DNA from: a virus
DNA length: 64,000 nt
IMG/VR virus record: IMGVR_UViG_3300037258_000279
Coordinates: 29,665 to 93,664 of that record
Reading direction: 5' to 3' (one strand)
The notes below the pieces were generated by a model. It was not told the origin of the DNA. It was given only the letters and a program-made list of their open reading frames with translations, and made no database searches. The translations under genes were made by a program, and so were the position numbers. Position 1 is the first letter of the stretch, and the number at the start of each line of letters is the position of its first letter. Shown piece by piece: positions 24,701 to 32,362 of the stretch.

Positions 24701-25190
24701 CGCTCCGGCCAGCCTGAAAAAGACCGGCGATGGGGGCGCCCAGCAAGCCCGTGTCGCGCAGCGCTGGCTGAAGACCCGCCGCGGTATAGTCGATCGGCGG
24801 CGGGGCGGTCTGTCCGGTCTTCGTTTCTTTCGTCTCGACCGCCGGCGCTTCCTTGGTGCGCATCAGACCGTTCGGCGTCTGGACGAAACTTCCCGGCGCT
24901 AATGCGCCGATCTGGGCAGCATAATCTTCCTGCGAAAGTCCCTGGGTTGGAACAAAGGGTTTATCTCGCGTCCATTGCGCCGGCGTAGGTGGTTCATCCA
25001 AGAATTTAGCACCCGAAGGCAGCGGTGGAAGTCCGGGCGTTGCCGCTTGCGGTTCAATGAAACTTGCGCCTTTGGGAAGCGGTGGGAGAGTTGGTTCCTG
25101 ATCGGCAACCGGAATGGCACCTGCTGGCAGCGGCGGAAGGTCGCCTGATCCAGAATCAGGTATAGACGAATTGTCAAGCGGCGCTGCCAT
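15756..25190 (-). CDS. giant (3144 aa) DNA ejection / polyvalent protein with inorganic pyrophosphatase-like and JAB/MPN-like domains
   Basis: GNYSKG...ENPEGSVR...DYGYI...ADGEHVDAYMGP...YDEAKVMLGF (PPase-like); EH...HHNHPLGNSLSEQD (JAB-like); last gene of the tail module. Confidence 0.8.
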   Translation of the reverse strand: MAAPLDNSSIPDSGSGDLPPLPAGAIPVADQEPTLPPLPKGASFIEPQAATPGLPPLPSGAKFLDEPPTPAQWTRDKPFVPTQGLSQEDYAAQIGALAPGSFVQTPNGLMRTKEAPAVETKETKTGQTAPPPIDYTAAGLQPALRDTGLLGAPIAGLFQAGRSVMQTGQAVTGGKPDVQEPDLLAAQPIEGSDLWKPLTLLKKTLYQFAAAAPTAAAAYGGGLAGIALGGGPEDPISWATGIAGTAAGAAAGNTIQSLGVNFGQALQETKGDNEAAWSLALKRTGIESGAAGVSYGLFGFAPFKNVLKDAVFQAFGLQPAVAVGQKAVENVAEGKPIGQDVLSGVPGAVVGTAAPAIVHAGIAHALRSTPGPPPPGNIPGSDRAHGPPETAPTEKPDVALDPATGLWGLRGPDGIVTDARHPTPEAAAASVNPPPPAPPPPAIAAESQPAPSVRGGLGTPKIGEMIPMPVGNDVIPMQVQGFTPAHDVILGDPSGNQYSINAYAVSRYRGSPESGPPSGPAPLVPIPIPKPQSPALDALKGEATSAAAAARGQPAAPVEARLTAAKAQLEAQAQPQPPVTPQDIIQQAEATKTTHPGQIVPTPEAAGQYAEDLNQIAARRQAQPVEPQPAQAAAPDQPIVASPVDLKINQPPAIQEAPDKSAPLPVGGAAPSPSPPGPEGELPLTRGTRTPEEIAQQIDQARATTETNPTPGQIDSGNYSKGRVSFHGIPFVMENPEGSVRHGVGADGQPWTAQLPSDYGYISKTEAADGEHVDAYMGPNHDSQRAFVIDQIDPASGAYDEAKVMLGFNDWQGAHQAYVGAFSDGKGEQRIGNVTPMSLDELKTWLKEGDTTKPVAAETATTPPSSRENAPRRPMNIVEFLASRGGLNPSGELRAMDAHKKFIPGYGMLVRKDGRGMNDDHAREIAQEAGYLPRDNPNRPSDSTISDLYSAIDDTLRGNARYSADDVGALRDWEDHKRAYEGNPYHNELEARASALGIDPASHPHNDDLLAMIHEREAIIADGAHSDTVRAQIERDIDAVAAAEDIPWIGDDERSSATPEPQSRAPETTPRFAESAAQSAAQTRREESGAIATRGDQVRGEGIGREPATESTAAGEQVVLPGAEQSARQAASSREAEGRGRIRSRVQQKDADEGLFKPIDNTAELPFGEPPTRRGLAEASPIFYSALERGIENAKLDKASPESWKGMIRNMPGIKKEEVDWTGVNDFLDSKKGAVTKADLLQAVRENNVQVQEVMHGPVRDETVPDARAQQEHAAAFEDLNRRIHDVDTEERSAHYANDTQRASDLRHEGGRLSAEREALHGRMVDETMARQGLSGAPAKYGHYRLPGGENYRELLLTMPQREPKIDTTGWTVRDKGPDGAEVLDAKGEVVAITHDSVSDDEAVIANTAQMLARNRRGAERQDYRSGHWQEPNVLAHVRFDDRTGPNGERVLHVAEIQSDLHQAGRKRGYRGQHKGRSVSEIDDDMDGVLMELERRDAPQLLAEKVGVNKTHGYELGEWVVTDARTGHRYEVDAANEDEAKIRAEAKYLHSDAALMASWQRHPDLLARNQELQRERNAAYAAEAGDLVPDAPFKTSWPELAVKRLLRYAAENGYQKLSWDTGATNADRYDLSKQIDEIRYAKQDDGRYTISARKRGSPRSGDFEEVLGRRDLTPQQLEDIVGKDAAKKIVDNVGRDHGEPEGAGTLRGDDLKVGSAGMVAFYDRQLPQIVNSLSKKWGAKAEDSEINAQQRPYKVTQDSEGTWIAYMPGDQYDYREFNTERGARDFASGPANKLVHSVEITPKMRESVMRGQALFEGNDKEAPVGAAITDLRDDFAQTGDPHTAARNWTIYHGQNSGHEHLAAIDQDRGELTHAYTMASPKYVAFTPDLVGRLEDQSSTMVVHHNHPLGNSLSEQDMRQLAFPGLRTIVAHGHDGNTYVAQLTPEAKEWLGSQGDAERAIGGLYATAENAVFRGLDRLVNSAEITQEHADSIYSDLINRALDSGGVIDYMSSRDLADVPGARDIIREAADRVQRAAQTFFDAKPREDANARSDRSADTIRPDESMARLSEGIRQPAAGRSGREAGTIESRAGTGEAQGAVAGLAEDRPDFAAERNTSPEQRLTPEEALHRDAVSGLIDSVSGSPGAPSGKGPTTEERALPELARRGTRQIKNLNPVERFSIFPRTLATLDDMSARFWNAWRARDDEAARNGNNLRKIVADSLVSLDSPSRNRVYAALELARKWNWRPPDDGAPIRVHNTSFWQARMSKPGDDYLLSPQETKAFHDSLRLGDEGWRTIMSAMAKREGWNGDLTAAAVSAGAREAGIGTPEGHRLARLATALHEAQRALDRPYFPAMRFGDYYVAVRPKQGQDPESLGGYPEVKWFETVEKSSMEDWLGTTRRNADDIAAVKNRIAALGTMPDNTGAPAFGAFQRVGPGRWESPTHIIETGDLRRKPDILREIDMPALEKLFALMERDATGKMISQIMQEKTPPEGLTRTQTKQAKGEAAQYDKSGRLVGGEALDRYRATTGAAKEALLDSIYEALTAGFKRRADLTPGYSQDFDRAIGTHIWQVSHNAANMVHHNAVEEAYDNIQDNHPHQSVRDYWQKWRGAQEDQKGILSRASTHAAQIGFSYALAMNPSSTLVIALHTPMAAAPVLSTGIGMVRAGAALAGALREAYGHAGADRKNGFFINLDRMGRTPDEKALISSLANEGRLRALGADDLRALSERQASTFGDAAGRFRRAMDIATSNIGIVDQANRAAVALSSYRLASNPKTLAAMAKPLAEHSALFRDMVERDGLTPENFSRFMLSEGAYEWGSENRSPVMRGPMGTLLFSLHGFQTRYLSTAFRLMKNMGPEGKTAFAWMMGTLMLGAGAYGLPFTQDAESAADALGRMLNGGSDPMTDAHLREMMSDAGFSKAGADVMLRGPIASLAGVNLSSRIGFGDVISREMDPTNVIGTIPSMLYQRLQAAYTRDQTQGAGAAAAELLPSALRNPARALLESDQGRISQKGTMLDRPADMPGADIAKQALGFQPLQQEQEYAQSDYAYRLEHQNDELRQRVERDAALLITRAARARIAGDANEAAELTDQAKRLVIANPGLAKKPSDIIEAIRKSVEQMSDPRAYEMKKTQKAQGITQNPYP
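18881..19045 (-). CDS. candidate nested alternative-frame gene, 54 aa
   Basis: AGAGAGG RBS 6 nt before ATG; amphipathic helical sequence inside a low-complexity linker of the giant ORF. Confidence 0.5.
   Translation of the reverse strand: MHGLIDPPTPFAPTKAWQDFLKELDNLPQDDPDVKRERSRAEQELAKRKEQSPV
21836..22036 (-). CDS. candidate nested alternative-frame gene, 66 aa
   Basis: helical-hairpin-like MNEAQQHLNHSRERLKRL...VVKNLVRSQLAAIKSAVKAL inside a second linker; RBS weak. Confidence 0.4.
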   Translation of the reverse strand: MNEAQQHLNHSRERLKRLRDLQNQPLNQQRRRVVKNLVRSQLAAIKSAVKALGASRQQNQPQPENK

Positions 25191-25199
25191 TTCGCTCCG

Positions 25200-28100
25200 T
25201 TATTGCACGGGCGTATGATTGGCGTCGTACCAGCCCTTGCCATCACTGTAGATAATCTGGCCGTTCGGCATGGCGGCTGCTTTGCCAATGGCCCACGAAG
25301 GAGGTGCTGCCGCTTTCTGCGGCGACTGACTCTTAGGTGCAGTCCCTGGCGTTGTGATCTTGGGGGCAGTAGCAGACGTTTCTCCCAGCATCGTCTGCAC
25401 ATTCTTTTGCGCCATAGCCGAAATCTCGGTTGGCGATTTTCCGATGTTTCCAACGTTGCCTTGGAGTGTTTTTTCTTCGGCCTGCACAAGCCGCGTGTAT
25501 TCCGCGCTGTGTTGGAACCCTGTCGGGTCTTTCTGGTACGCCGCACGCTTCTGGTCGGCGTCGGCAAGATCGGTAGCTTCGCCTTTTGCAACCATCTCCT
25601 GCAAAACGGCGTTGGCGCCGGTGGCTGGTTTTGCCGTGCCGACGTTGGGGAAAAACTTCGCGCCGCCGTTGGGTTCGTTTGGACTGGGGAATTTCAGCGA
25701 ATACCAGAGGCCGTTGGTCTTTTGACCGGGATGATCTGGATCGTCACCGGGGCCATAGACCGGCGGATTGTATTCCCCGAGTTGCACTTTGATCCCGGCG
25801 AGTTGGAGATTTGCCGCCGTCGCTTCCGCCTTTGACTGCGCCGCGGCTTGGCGATCGGCGAGTTCGGCGGTGCCATGCGCCATCTTCCACTCAAGATCAG
25901 CATTGCGCTGCTGATAAAGCCTGTCAGCGGCCGTTGCTTGATCTGCGACACGTTGCGCTTGGATGTTCAGGCGCCCTTCGGTATTTGCAGAACGCTCTGC
26001 ATTCATCTGCCCCATCATCTGGGTTCGATTCTCGCTTGCTTCTGCGCGTTCTTGCCCTTGAAAATAGGGAGACGCCGCGCGGAAACCTTCGGCCACTGCG
26101 TTCGGCGAACGCGAACCCAAGGCGGAAAGGCCCGCCACCATCAGCGGCATCCAATTGTTGGACAACGAGAAACCGCGTCGCGCGCTGTCCGGATAATCGC
26201 TGGGGCCGAATCCTTGCCCTTGCGTCATCATGCCCATGCGCCGGCCCATGCCAGGCTCCGTCGCCTGTGCTGTGTCGGGGACGCCGGCCGCGGCGGGCAA
26301 GAGACTGAGGCGCGTGTTGCGCGGCGCCGCCGTGTTGCTGCCGGCCAGTGACGGCCACTCGCTGCTGAGCGCCTGGCGGATCTGATCGGTTTTCCCGGCC
26401 TTGAAATCGTCCACCAGGTTGCCGCCGGTGACATCGTTGTAGCGCTTCTCGGCCCAGGACAGTCCCGCCTTGACCTGCGAGGGCGCGCTGAAATCGTTAA
26501 CGCCAGCGAGCGCAGCCGCTTGGTGCCACGTTCCGGGCTCGAGTTGTGGGATTCCCGCAGCGTGCGTCGGCTTTCCATCTGGGCCAACACCGCCTTGCCA
26601 GCCAGCATCAGCCGGATGCTGCCTCATGTCGCTGAAAGTGCCTCCGCCATAAAGCGTGTTCGCCTTGGCGCCCTCGCCTTTCCACAGGAAGTTGGCGAGC
26701 GCCGTCTGAGTCGGATCAAATCCCGCCGCTTTGGCAAGATCCGGCGACACCGGACCTCCGACGGCACCGCTGCTCGATGCTGGCGGCTGGGCTGCTATCG
26801 GCGGCATGGCCGATGCCGGTTCGGAAGACCGCGCCGCCGGAGGTGCCGCAGGCGTTGCCGCGGGCGTAGTTGGCGGTGGGCTGGCTCCCATGCCGGCTGC
26901 TGGGGGTGCCGCTGTGGGCGGTGCTGCCGATGCGGTGGCTACCGCGCCGCGCATTGCCGGGGCTGCGCCCATGCCCATCACCCCAACGCCAGCGTCAGGA
27001 CCGGCGGCGTCGCGGGCCTTGAGCGACTCATGACTGCCTTCCCACGGTGTTTCAGCCGAAGATCCAGCACTTCCGGTCCAATCGGCGCCATGCGGCCGCG
27101 ACGTGAAGGAACTTGGCTCGGCCGGTGCCGGAACTGCGTCCGGCGACGGCGAATCTTGTGTCAGTCCCGACTCATACCATTGCACCAACGGGCCGTTGAA
27201 GATTTCCGATGGTGACGCATCTCCCGGATTTGGTGCGGCGACATCACCGCCATCGTCGAAATGAGCGCGCCCACCACGGTGGTAAAAGTTACCATAGCTC
27301 AGTGGTATCCCGTTCATAAATGAATCTGATGCTGGACTGCTTGGAGCGCCATTACTGCCTGCACCGCCTGCCCAAGTCGGGATCGATGCGCCCGGGCTGA
27401 GCGCACTGATAACCCCGGCCATCTGTGGCTCAGAAGCGATGGTATTCGCGCCGGTCGCGCCCTGTTGTGGCAGAGGGACATCCCAATTGCCTAGACCTTC
27501 GCCCGGTACTGCATTGGGCGGCGCGTAGAGTGAATTGCTGAGTTGCGGTAGCGCGACGCCGTTGCCGGTCGGAAGACTCGTCACAAAAGGCGTGGCGCCG
27601 GGACCTCCACTTTCGCCCGATGACGTACCAAGAAGCGGCGCATTATCCGCCGGGCCAGCCGGTGCCGACGTCGCGCCAGGCTTAGTTGTCCATTGGCCGC
27701 TCGAGAAGGATGCCTCGGGATAAAGTCCCGCGGCGCCTCCCGCTGCGTAACCCGAGCGTTTCAGCGTCGGCAATCCGAGATCCAGCACCGTGCCTTCGGA
27801 TGGGTAGCGCACCTTCACCGTATCGCCGGAATGATCGACGATCGGGTGAGGGTCGAGCTCGCTCTCTGTGACGTAGCCAGGTGTGGTATCTCCACCCGTC
27901 GCGAGACTTGCTCCCGGAACCGGTTGCGACATCGCTACCTGCGCTGTTCCGCCGGATGCCGGCGGGGCCGCCGTTGCACCCGACGCGCTGGCACCAAGGG
28001 CGCCGATCCCGGCATAGCTCGGCGACACCGGCGCGGTTTGCCCCATGCCCATCTGCTTCGATTTGAGCGCGCGCTGGATGTATTGGCCCTGCGGGCTTGT

Positions 28101-29699
28101 CGGCGGGACCGCACTCGCCAACTCCTGGAGTTTTTCCGTCGGCATCGTCATAAGCTGCTGATAATAGCCCTGGGCATTCGGCGAACCGCCCATGACACCG
28201 GTAGCCGCCGCAATATCCGCGGTGCCTCCATCTTGCAGACGAATCGCACCACCGCGCTTGTCACCCGACAGAAGACCCGATTTTTTTAGCTGCTCGGCAC
28301 CCTGCAAGAATTGCGTGCCGTTCTGCGTTCCGAATCCCTGATTGGCGGCGCTTGCTGGCATCTGTGGAGCCTTGGGCGGCCCACTGCCTTTGACGGCCGG
28401 TCCTGGCGCCGAGATGTAGTCGAGGCTGAGCCTCGGCACAGTCGGCAATTGTCCGTTGGTCGCTTGCGGTGCCGGCGCCGAGCCCATGCCGATCGAGCCG
28501 CCACCATCGAAGTGGATGCGGCCACCGCTCTTGATGAACTTTGCGGCAAGACCCGCGAGACTTAAGAGATCGCCAAGCCCACCACCGCCGCTGCTCTGAG
28601 TCTGAGTCACGTCGGGCTGGAACGGGCTAAGACCCGATTTGGTGGAAATGCCGCCCGGTGCGCCTTGCGGGATGTAGGAGAGATTGATTTCCGGCACGCT
28701 GTTTCCCATGCCAGGCACGATCGGCAAACTCAGGCCACCACCACCAGCGCGATGGATACGGCCACCCTGTTTCGCGAGGCCATTATAGGCATCGACAGCG
28801 TCTGTACCGATAGAGCCGACAGCGTTGCTGGCACCCGACAAATTGTTATAAAGCCCATATGCGCCCAGCCCCGTCAGGCCGAGGCCCGTGAGCTGCGACA
28901 AGGCGCTTTGGCCTGGCGTCGTCGTCGATCCCGTGCCGCCGGAAAGCGAGCCGGTGCCCTCGACGATCGGCGCCAAGAAACCAAGCTGCTGATAGGGATA
29001 TGCCTGCTGCTGGACAAACTGCTCGTAGGGAATGTTGAGATTTTCCTGCGCGAGCTGCTGCTCCAAGCCACCGGCTTGAAGTTCGGCTGAAGCGCCGGTG
29101 AGCGCCTGGTTCTGCGCCTGCGTGCCCAGGCCCGCCACGCCAAATCCTGCCTGCGACGAAAGCCAATCCTGCGCTTCGTTCGCGCCAAGCGCTGTTTGGT
29201 AGCCCTGCTGCAAGGTGTTCGCCATCGTCGGCGCTTCGGCCAAGCCTTGCTGTTGCGCCGTGAGCGCCTGCGCGACGGCTTCGCGATCGCCGCCATATGC
29301 GTTTGCGAGAGTGGCGTTGCCGGCGACTTGCTCGAGTTGTTGCGCGTTCTGTTGGTTAAAGAGATTGCCGAGCGAGCTTGTGACGGCGCTCGTGTATGGG
29401 CTCTCGTAGTTACCAACGGTATTGTAGAGCGGTGCGGTCGCGGCGCCGAATTCCTGCGCCGCCGAGTTGATGTAGGGTGTCCCGATGCCCTGTGAATTAC
29501 CGATCGTGCCGAAGGCTTGCTGTTGCGCCGGCGTGAAACCGGCAACCATCGGACCGCCATACTGCGACAATGGCTGCTCGGCAACATTGGTCGCCGCGCC
29601 GGTCAGTCCTTGATATGCCTGAAGGACTTGGGGCGGCGGTCCGCTCGTGGTCGTTGCCGTGTTTGTGCCGGCGGTCAAGCGCCATCCCCCGAATTTCAC
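25200..29699 (-). CDS. internal virion / ejection protein with lambda-R-type lysozyme domain
   Basis: Gln/Ala/Gly-rich N-terminus (YESPYT...AYGGDR); GEG...LYGGGTFSDMRQHP...AAGIPQ...TW...DFSAPSQ...EWPSL; start uncertain. Confidence 0.8.
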   Translation of the reverse strand: MKFGGWRLTAGTNTATTTSGPPPQVLQAYQGLTGAATNVAEQPLSQYGGPMVAGFTPAQQQAFGTIGNSQGIGTPYINSAAQEFGAATAPLYNTVGNYESPYTSAVTSSLGNLFNQQNAQQLEQVAGNATLANAYGGDREAVAQALTAQQQGLAEAPTMANTLQQGYQTALGANEAQDWLSSQAGFGVAGLGTQAQNQALTGASAELQAGGLEQQLAQENLNIPYEQFVQQQAYPYQQLGFLAPIVEGTGSLSGGTGSTTTPGQSALSQLTGLGLTGLGAYGLYNNLSGASNAVGSIGTDAVDAYNGLAKQGGRIHRAGGGGLSLPIVPGMGNSVPEINLSYIPQGAPGGISTKSGLSPFQPDVTQTQSSGGGGLGDLLSLAGLAAKFIKSGGRIHFDGGGSIGMGSAPAPQATNGQLPTVPRLSLDYISAPGPAVKGSGPPKAPQMPASAANQGFGTQNGTQFLQGAEQLKKSGLLSGDKRGGAIRLQDGGTADIAAATGVMGGSPNAQGYYQQLMTMPTEKLQELASAVPPTSPQGQYIQRALKSKQMGMGQTAPVSPSYAGIGALGASASGATAAPPASGGTAQVAMSQPVPGASLATGGDTTPGYVTESELDPHPIVDHSGDTVKVRYPSEGTVLDLGLPTLKRSGYAAGGAAGLYPEASFSSGQWTTKPGATSAPAGPADNAPLLGTSSGESGGPGATPFVTSLPTGNGVALPQLSNSLYAPPNAVPGEGLGNWDVPLPQQGATGANTIASEPQMAGVISALSPGASIPTWAGGAGSNGAPSSPASDSFMNGIPLSYGNFYHRGGRAHFDDGGDVAAPNPGDASPSEIFNGPLVQWYESGLTQDSPSPDAVPAPAEPSSFTSRPHGADWTGSAGSSAETPWEGSHESLKARDAAGPDAGVGVMGMGAAPAMRGAVATASAAPPTAAPPAAGMGASPPPTTPAATPAAPPAARSSEPASAMPPIAAQPPASSSGAVGGPVSPDLAKAAGFDPTQTALANFLWKGEGAKANTLYGGGTFSDMRQHPADAGWQGGVGPDGKPTHAAGIPQLEPGTWHQAAALAGVNDFSAPSQVKAGLSWAEKRYNDVTGGNLVDDFKAGKTDQIRQALSSEWPSLAGSNTAAPRNTRLSLLPAAAGVPDTAQATEPGMGRRMGMMTQGQGFGPSDYPDSARRGFSLSNNWMPLMVAGLSALGSRSPNAVAEGFRAASPYFQGQERAEASENRTQMMGQMNAERSANTEGRLNIQAQRVADQATAADRLYQQRNADLEWKMAHGTAELADRQAAAQSKAEATAANLQLAGIKVQLGEYNPPVYGPGDDPDHPGQKTNGLWYSLKFPSPNEPNGGAKFFPNVGTAKPATGANAVLQEMVAKGEATDLADADQKRAAYQKDPTGFQHSAEYTRLVQAEEKTLQGNVGNIGKSPTEISAMAQKNVQTMLGETSATAPKITTPGTAPKSQSPQKAAAPPSWAIGKAAAMPNGQIIYSDGKGWYDANHTPVQ

Positions 29700-29733
29700 A
29701 GAACCGGGGCGTACTTTACCCGAATGACGACGC

Positions 29734-30276
29734 TCAATCCACTCTGAACAAGGCTCCTACCTGCCGACCGCCCCATCGGCGCCAAAGCCGGAGCATCCCC
29801 TCGAAGTGCTCGCCTTGGTGGACAAACCCGGTGAATAGCGGAAACGGCAGTTTGTAATTCTGCTTCTCGAGATCGGCCCTCATCGAATCGTGCGCCCAAT
29901 GCGCGAAGGCGCGAAGGTCGGCTTCGTGATTCTCCCGTGCTTCAGGCCGGAGAAATACCCACAACTCCGTCAGACTTGTTCCAGGGTCGGTGAACCACAT
30001 CGCGGGCTCGAGGAAGAGGCCGATACTGCCGACCAGGCGCCCGTCTTTGCCGTCGATGATCCCGACGATGCCCATGCGCTCGTCACTCGGCGTCGTCCGT
30101 GTCGCCAGATTTTGCCTGGTTGCCGTCTCGATCCGCGCGAGCACGATCTCGGGACGAAACGGAAATCCCCAACCATTCTCGTTATTTTTCCACATATCGA
30201 CAAGCAGCGCGTAGAGCGCGCTCTCGTCGGCCATACCGGCTACGCGGACGCTTTCAGGCTTCGGTGTGAGCACCAC
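29734..30276 (-). CDS. GNAT-fold-like protein of the tail/ejection module
   Basis: GRLVGSIGL...WF...LTELWVFLRPEAR pattern; position before the ejection genes. Confidence 0.6.
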   Translation of the reverse strand: MVLTPKPESVRVAGMADESALYALLVDMWKNNENGWGFPFRPEIVLARIETATRQNLATRTTPSDERMGIVGIIDGKDGRLVGSIGLFLEPAMWFTDPGTSLTELWVFLRPEARENHEADLRAFAHWAHDSMRADLEKQNYKLPFPLFTGFVHQGEHFEGMLRLWRRWGGRQVGALFRVD

Positions 30277-31229
30277 TACTTCTTCGGCGGCGGCGCGTTT
30301 TTCAGGAATTTTTTGGTGTGATCGCGGACACGCTTAATCATGTCGTCTATCGTTGCATGGCCTTTCTTGAAGTCGCCGTTGCCGAACGATCGCACGCCGC
30401 GGTGCAGGTAGAGCTTGCCGTCTTCGGGGTCGCGCGCCACCCAATTCTCCGGCGGCCAGACGAATTCGCCGCCCGCCGCCAAGATGCCAACCCGACCCGG
30501 ATAGCCGCCGCGCGCCATCATGGTAGCTTGCTCGGACGGCGGCCGCGGAATGGTGTGGCCGTGATCCTCACGCGGGAGCGCCGTACCCCAGGGACCGATG
30601 CGCGATGCGAGCGTCAGGATGCGCGCGCCGGCGAGCGTGTTGCCCTGGCCGACGCCGCTCACGACATCGGCGGGCGCCACATGCGCTTCCGTGCCGACCG
30701 CGAGCGGCAAGCGATCGGTGCGGCCGGCGATCGAAGAGTCGATCAATCCCCCATGGAAGGGGATATCAGCTTGGCGCGCCTCGCTGCGCTCCCACCAGGG
30801 ATTGTCCTGGCCGAAGGACGGCTGGCCGCCGCTGTCGAAATGGGCTCGAGTCCCCATACCGACGTCGCCGCCGGTATAGAATCCCGTATGCGCTCCGCCG
30901 GCCATGCCGCGCGCTTCCGATCGCTCCCACCAGGGCGATGCTTGGCTCGGACTGATAGCTTTACCGCCGCCACCGCCCATGCCTCCGGCGCCCCCAGCAC
31001 CGGTCATCTTGACCGTGCCAGGCGCCTCAAGGTGAAATGCCGGCGCATGGTGCATGCCGGGAATACCGCCAGCGGCAAGCCCCTTCGTCGCGGCGAATTC
31101 CCGGATTTTGGCAAGGCTCATCGAGTCGGAAAGTTTTCGCACCTCGGCGCTGGCATGAGCCAAGTGGCCGCGCTTATAGGCATCGGCCATCCCGAATAGA
31201 TGTTGTTGGGCCGCGCTAACCGCCGGCAT
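30276..31229 (-). CDS. putative internal virion protein
   Basis: MPAVSAAQQHLFG N-terminus; duplicated PWWERSEAR; GRTDRLP...HVAPADVVSGVGQGNTLAG; GGEFV. Confidence 0.7.
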   Translation of the reverse strand: MPAVSAAQQHLFGMADAYKRGHLAHASAEVRKLSDSMSLAKIREFAATKGLAAGGIPGMHHAPAFHLEAPGTVKMTGAGGAGGMGGGGGKAISPSQASPWWERSEARGMAGGAHTGFYTGGDVGMGTRAHFDSGGQPSFGQDNPWWERSEARQADIPFHGGLIDSSIAGRTDRLPLAVGTEAHVAPADVVSGVGQGNTLAGARILTLASRIGPWGTALPREDHGHTIPRPPSEQATMMARGGYPGRVGILAAGGEFVWPPENWVARDPEDGKLYLHRGVRSFGNGDFKKGHATIDDMIKRVRDHTKKFLKNAPPPKK

Positions 31230-31506
31230 CTTGGTTCTCTTGTTCGGTGCCTACAGGTCCAGAAATTCCGGGATACGGCGGCTTCAGCGGCGCGATGAAC
31301 TCGACCCAGCCCTGCACCTGCACGTCCATGCCCGTCGCGCGCGACAACGCATCCCGAACTTCGATCGCCATGCGGAACGGCGTTGGGCGAAGAATCACGA
31401 CATTGCCGCCCTCGGATGCATCTCTCCCCTGTTGTACAGCGATCAACACCGCTTCGACAGCTTTCGCGAACGCATGGCGCTCGATATAGACCGTACCGTT
31501 GCTCAC
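31216..31506 (-). CDS. hypothetical protein
   Basis: overlap-coupled in the operon. Confidence 0.55.
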   Translation of the reverse strand: MSNGTVYIERHAFAKAVEAVLIAVQQGRDASEGGNVVILRPTPFRMAIEVRDALSRATGMDVQVQGWVEFIAPLKPPYPGISGPVGTEQENQDAGG

Positions 31507-31802
31507 GAACCCCTCGCGATCTGGCGCGTAATGTCCATGATGTCGGGCTTTGGCGACTCTTGCGCAAAGCGACCCGGAAAACTAGCGAACATTCCTGCGT
31601 CAATGAGGACACAAAGCGTATCCATAAGTTCTCGTGACGGCCCTTTGTAGGGCAGCGTGTCCATCACGGTTTTAGCGCCAATGCCCTGTAATCCATGGGC
31701 ATAGGCTTTTACCCATTGATCGCGCGCGACAGCTTCCTCTTTGCACTGTTTGCACGTGTCAAAAAAGATCCTGCCGTGTGGACAGCGGTTGAAGAGTGTC
31801 AT
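31503..31802 (-). CDS. hypothetical protein (CPHG...CKQC)
   Basis: overlap-coupled in the operon. Confidence 0.55.
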   Translation of the reverse strand: MTLFNRCPHGRIFFDTCKQCKEEAVARDQWVKAYAHGLQGIGAKTVMDTLPYKGPSRELMDTLCVLIDAGMFASFPGRFAQESPKPDIMDITRQIARGS

Positions 31803-32293
31803 CAGGCGCTCCGGCTGATATGGCTCCGGCGCGGCCCGAGCACGCGGCGATGATCACCTTCGCCGACAGGTACGTCCATCAAGGCCGGCGCCGGTGTACC
31901 AATCTCGGTGCCGACAGGCGCCAGCGGAGCGGCTTCGGGCTCTGCGCGCGCGGCATCCGGACCGGATTTGCCCGATGCCTTCATCGCGCGCTCGCGCTGT
32001 TCCTGTTCCGCCACTTCGCGATCGCTGACGGGAATCCATTCCTCGGTCAGCTCATTTTTCTGGGACCGGCGCACCGCAACCAGATCGCCGGTCTTTTGCG
32101 TAGCACCGCCCTTACCCAGGACGACACCTAGGATCTTGACCATCACAACATCGCGTCCGAATGTTTCGATGACTTCCGAGCGCACCATCTCGCCGGGGAG
32201 CGTGACGGTCAAAAAACCGCCGACCTCCGGAGTGAACTCGCCGCGGCGCGCATGAACGGGCCGGACAGGATCAAGATATGTGGGATTGGGCAT
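31802..32293 (-). CDS. hypothetical protein
   Basis: AGGA RBS, typical codon usage. Confidence 0.65.
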   Translation of the reverse strand: MPNPTYLDPVRPVHARRGEFTPEVGGFLTVTLPGEMVRSEVIETFGRDVVMVKILGVVLGKGGATQKTGDLVAVRRSQKNELTEEWIPVSDREVAEQEQRERAMKASGKSGPDAARAEPEAAPLAPVGTEIGTPAPALMDVPVGEGDHRRVLGPRRSHISRSA

Positions 32294-32362
32294 CGGCTTT
32301 CCTGTGCGTTAATTCGCGTAAGAAATTTAGTACAAAACCGCCCATCGTGTCGAGAACCAATG

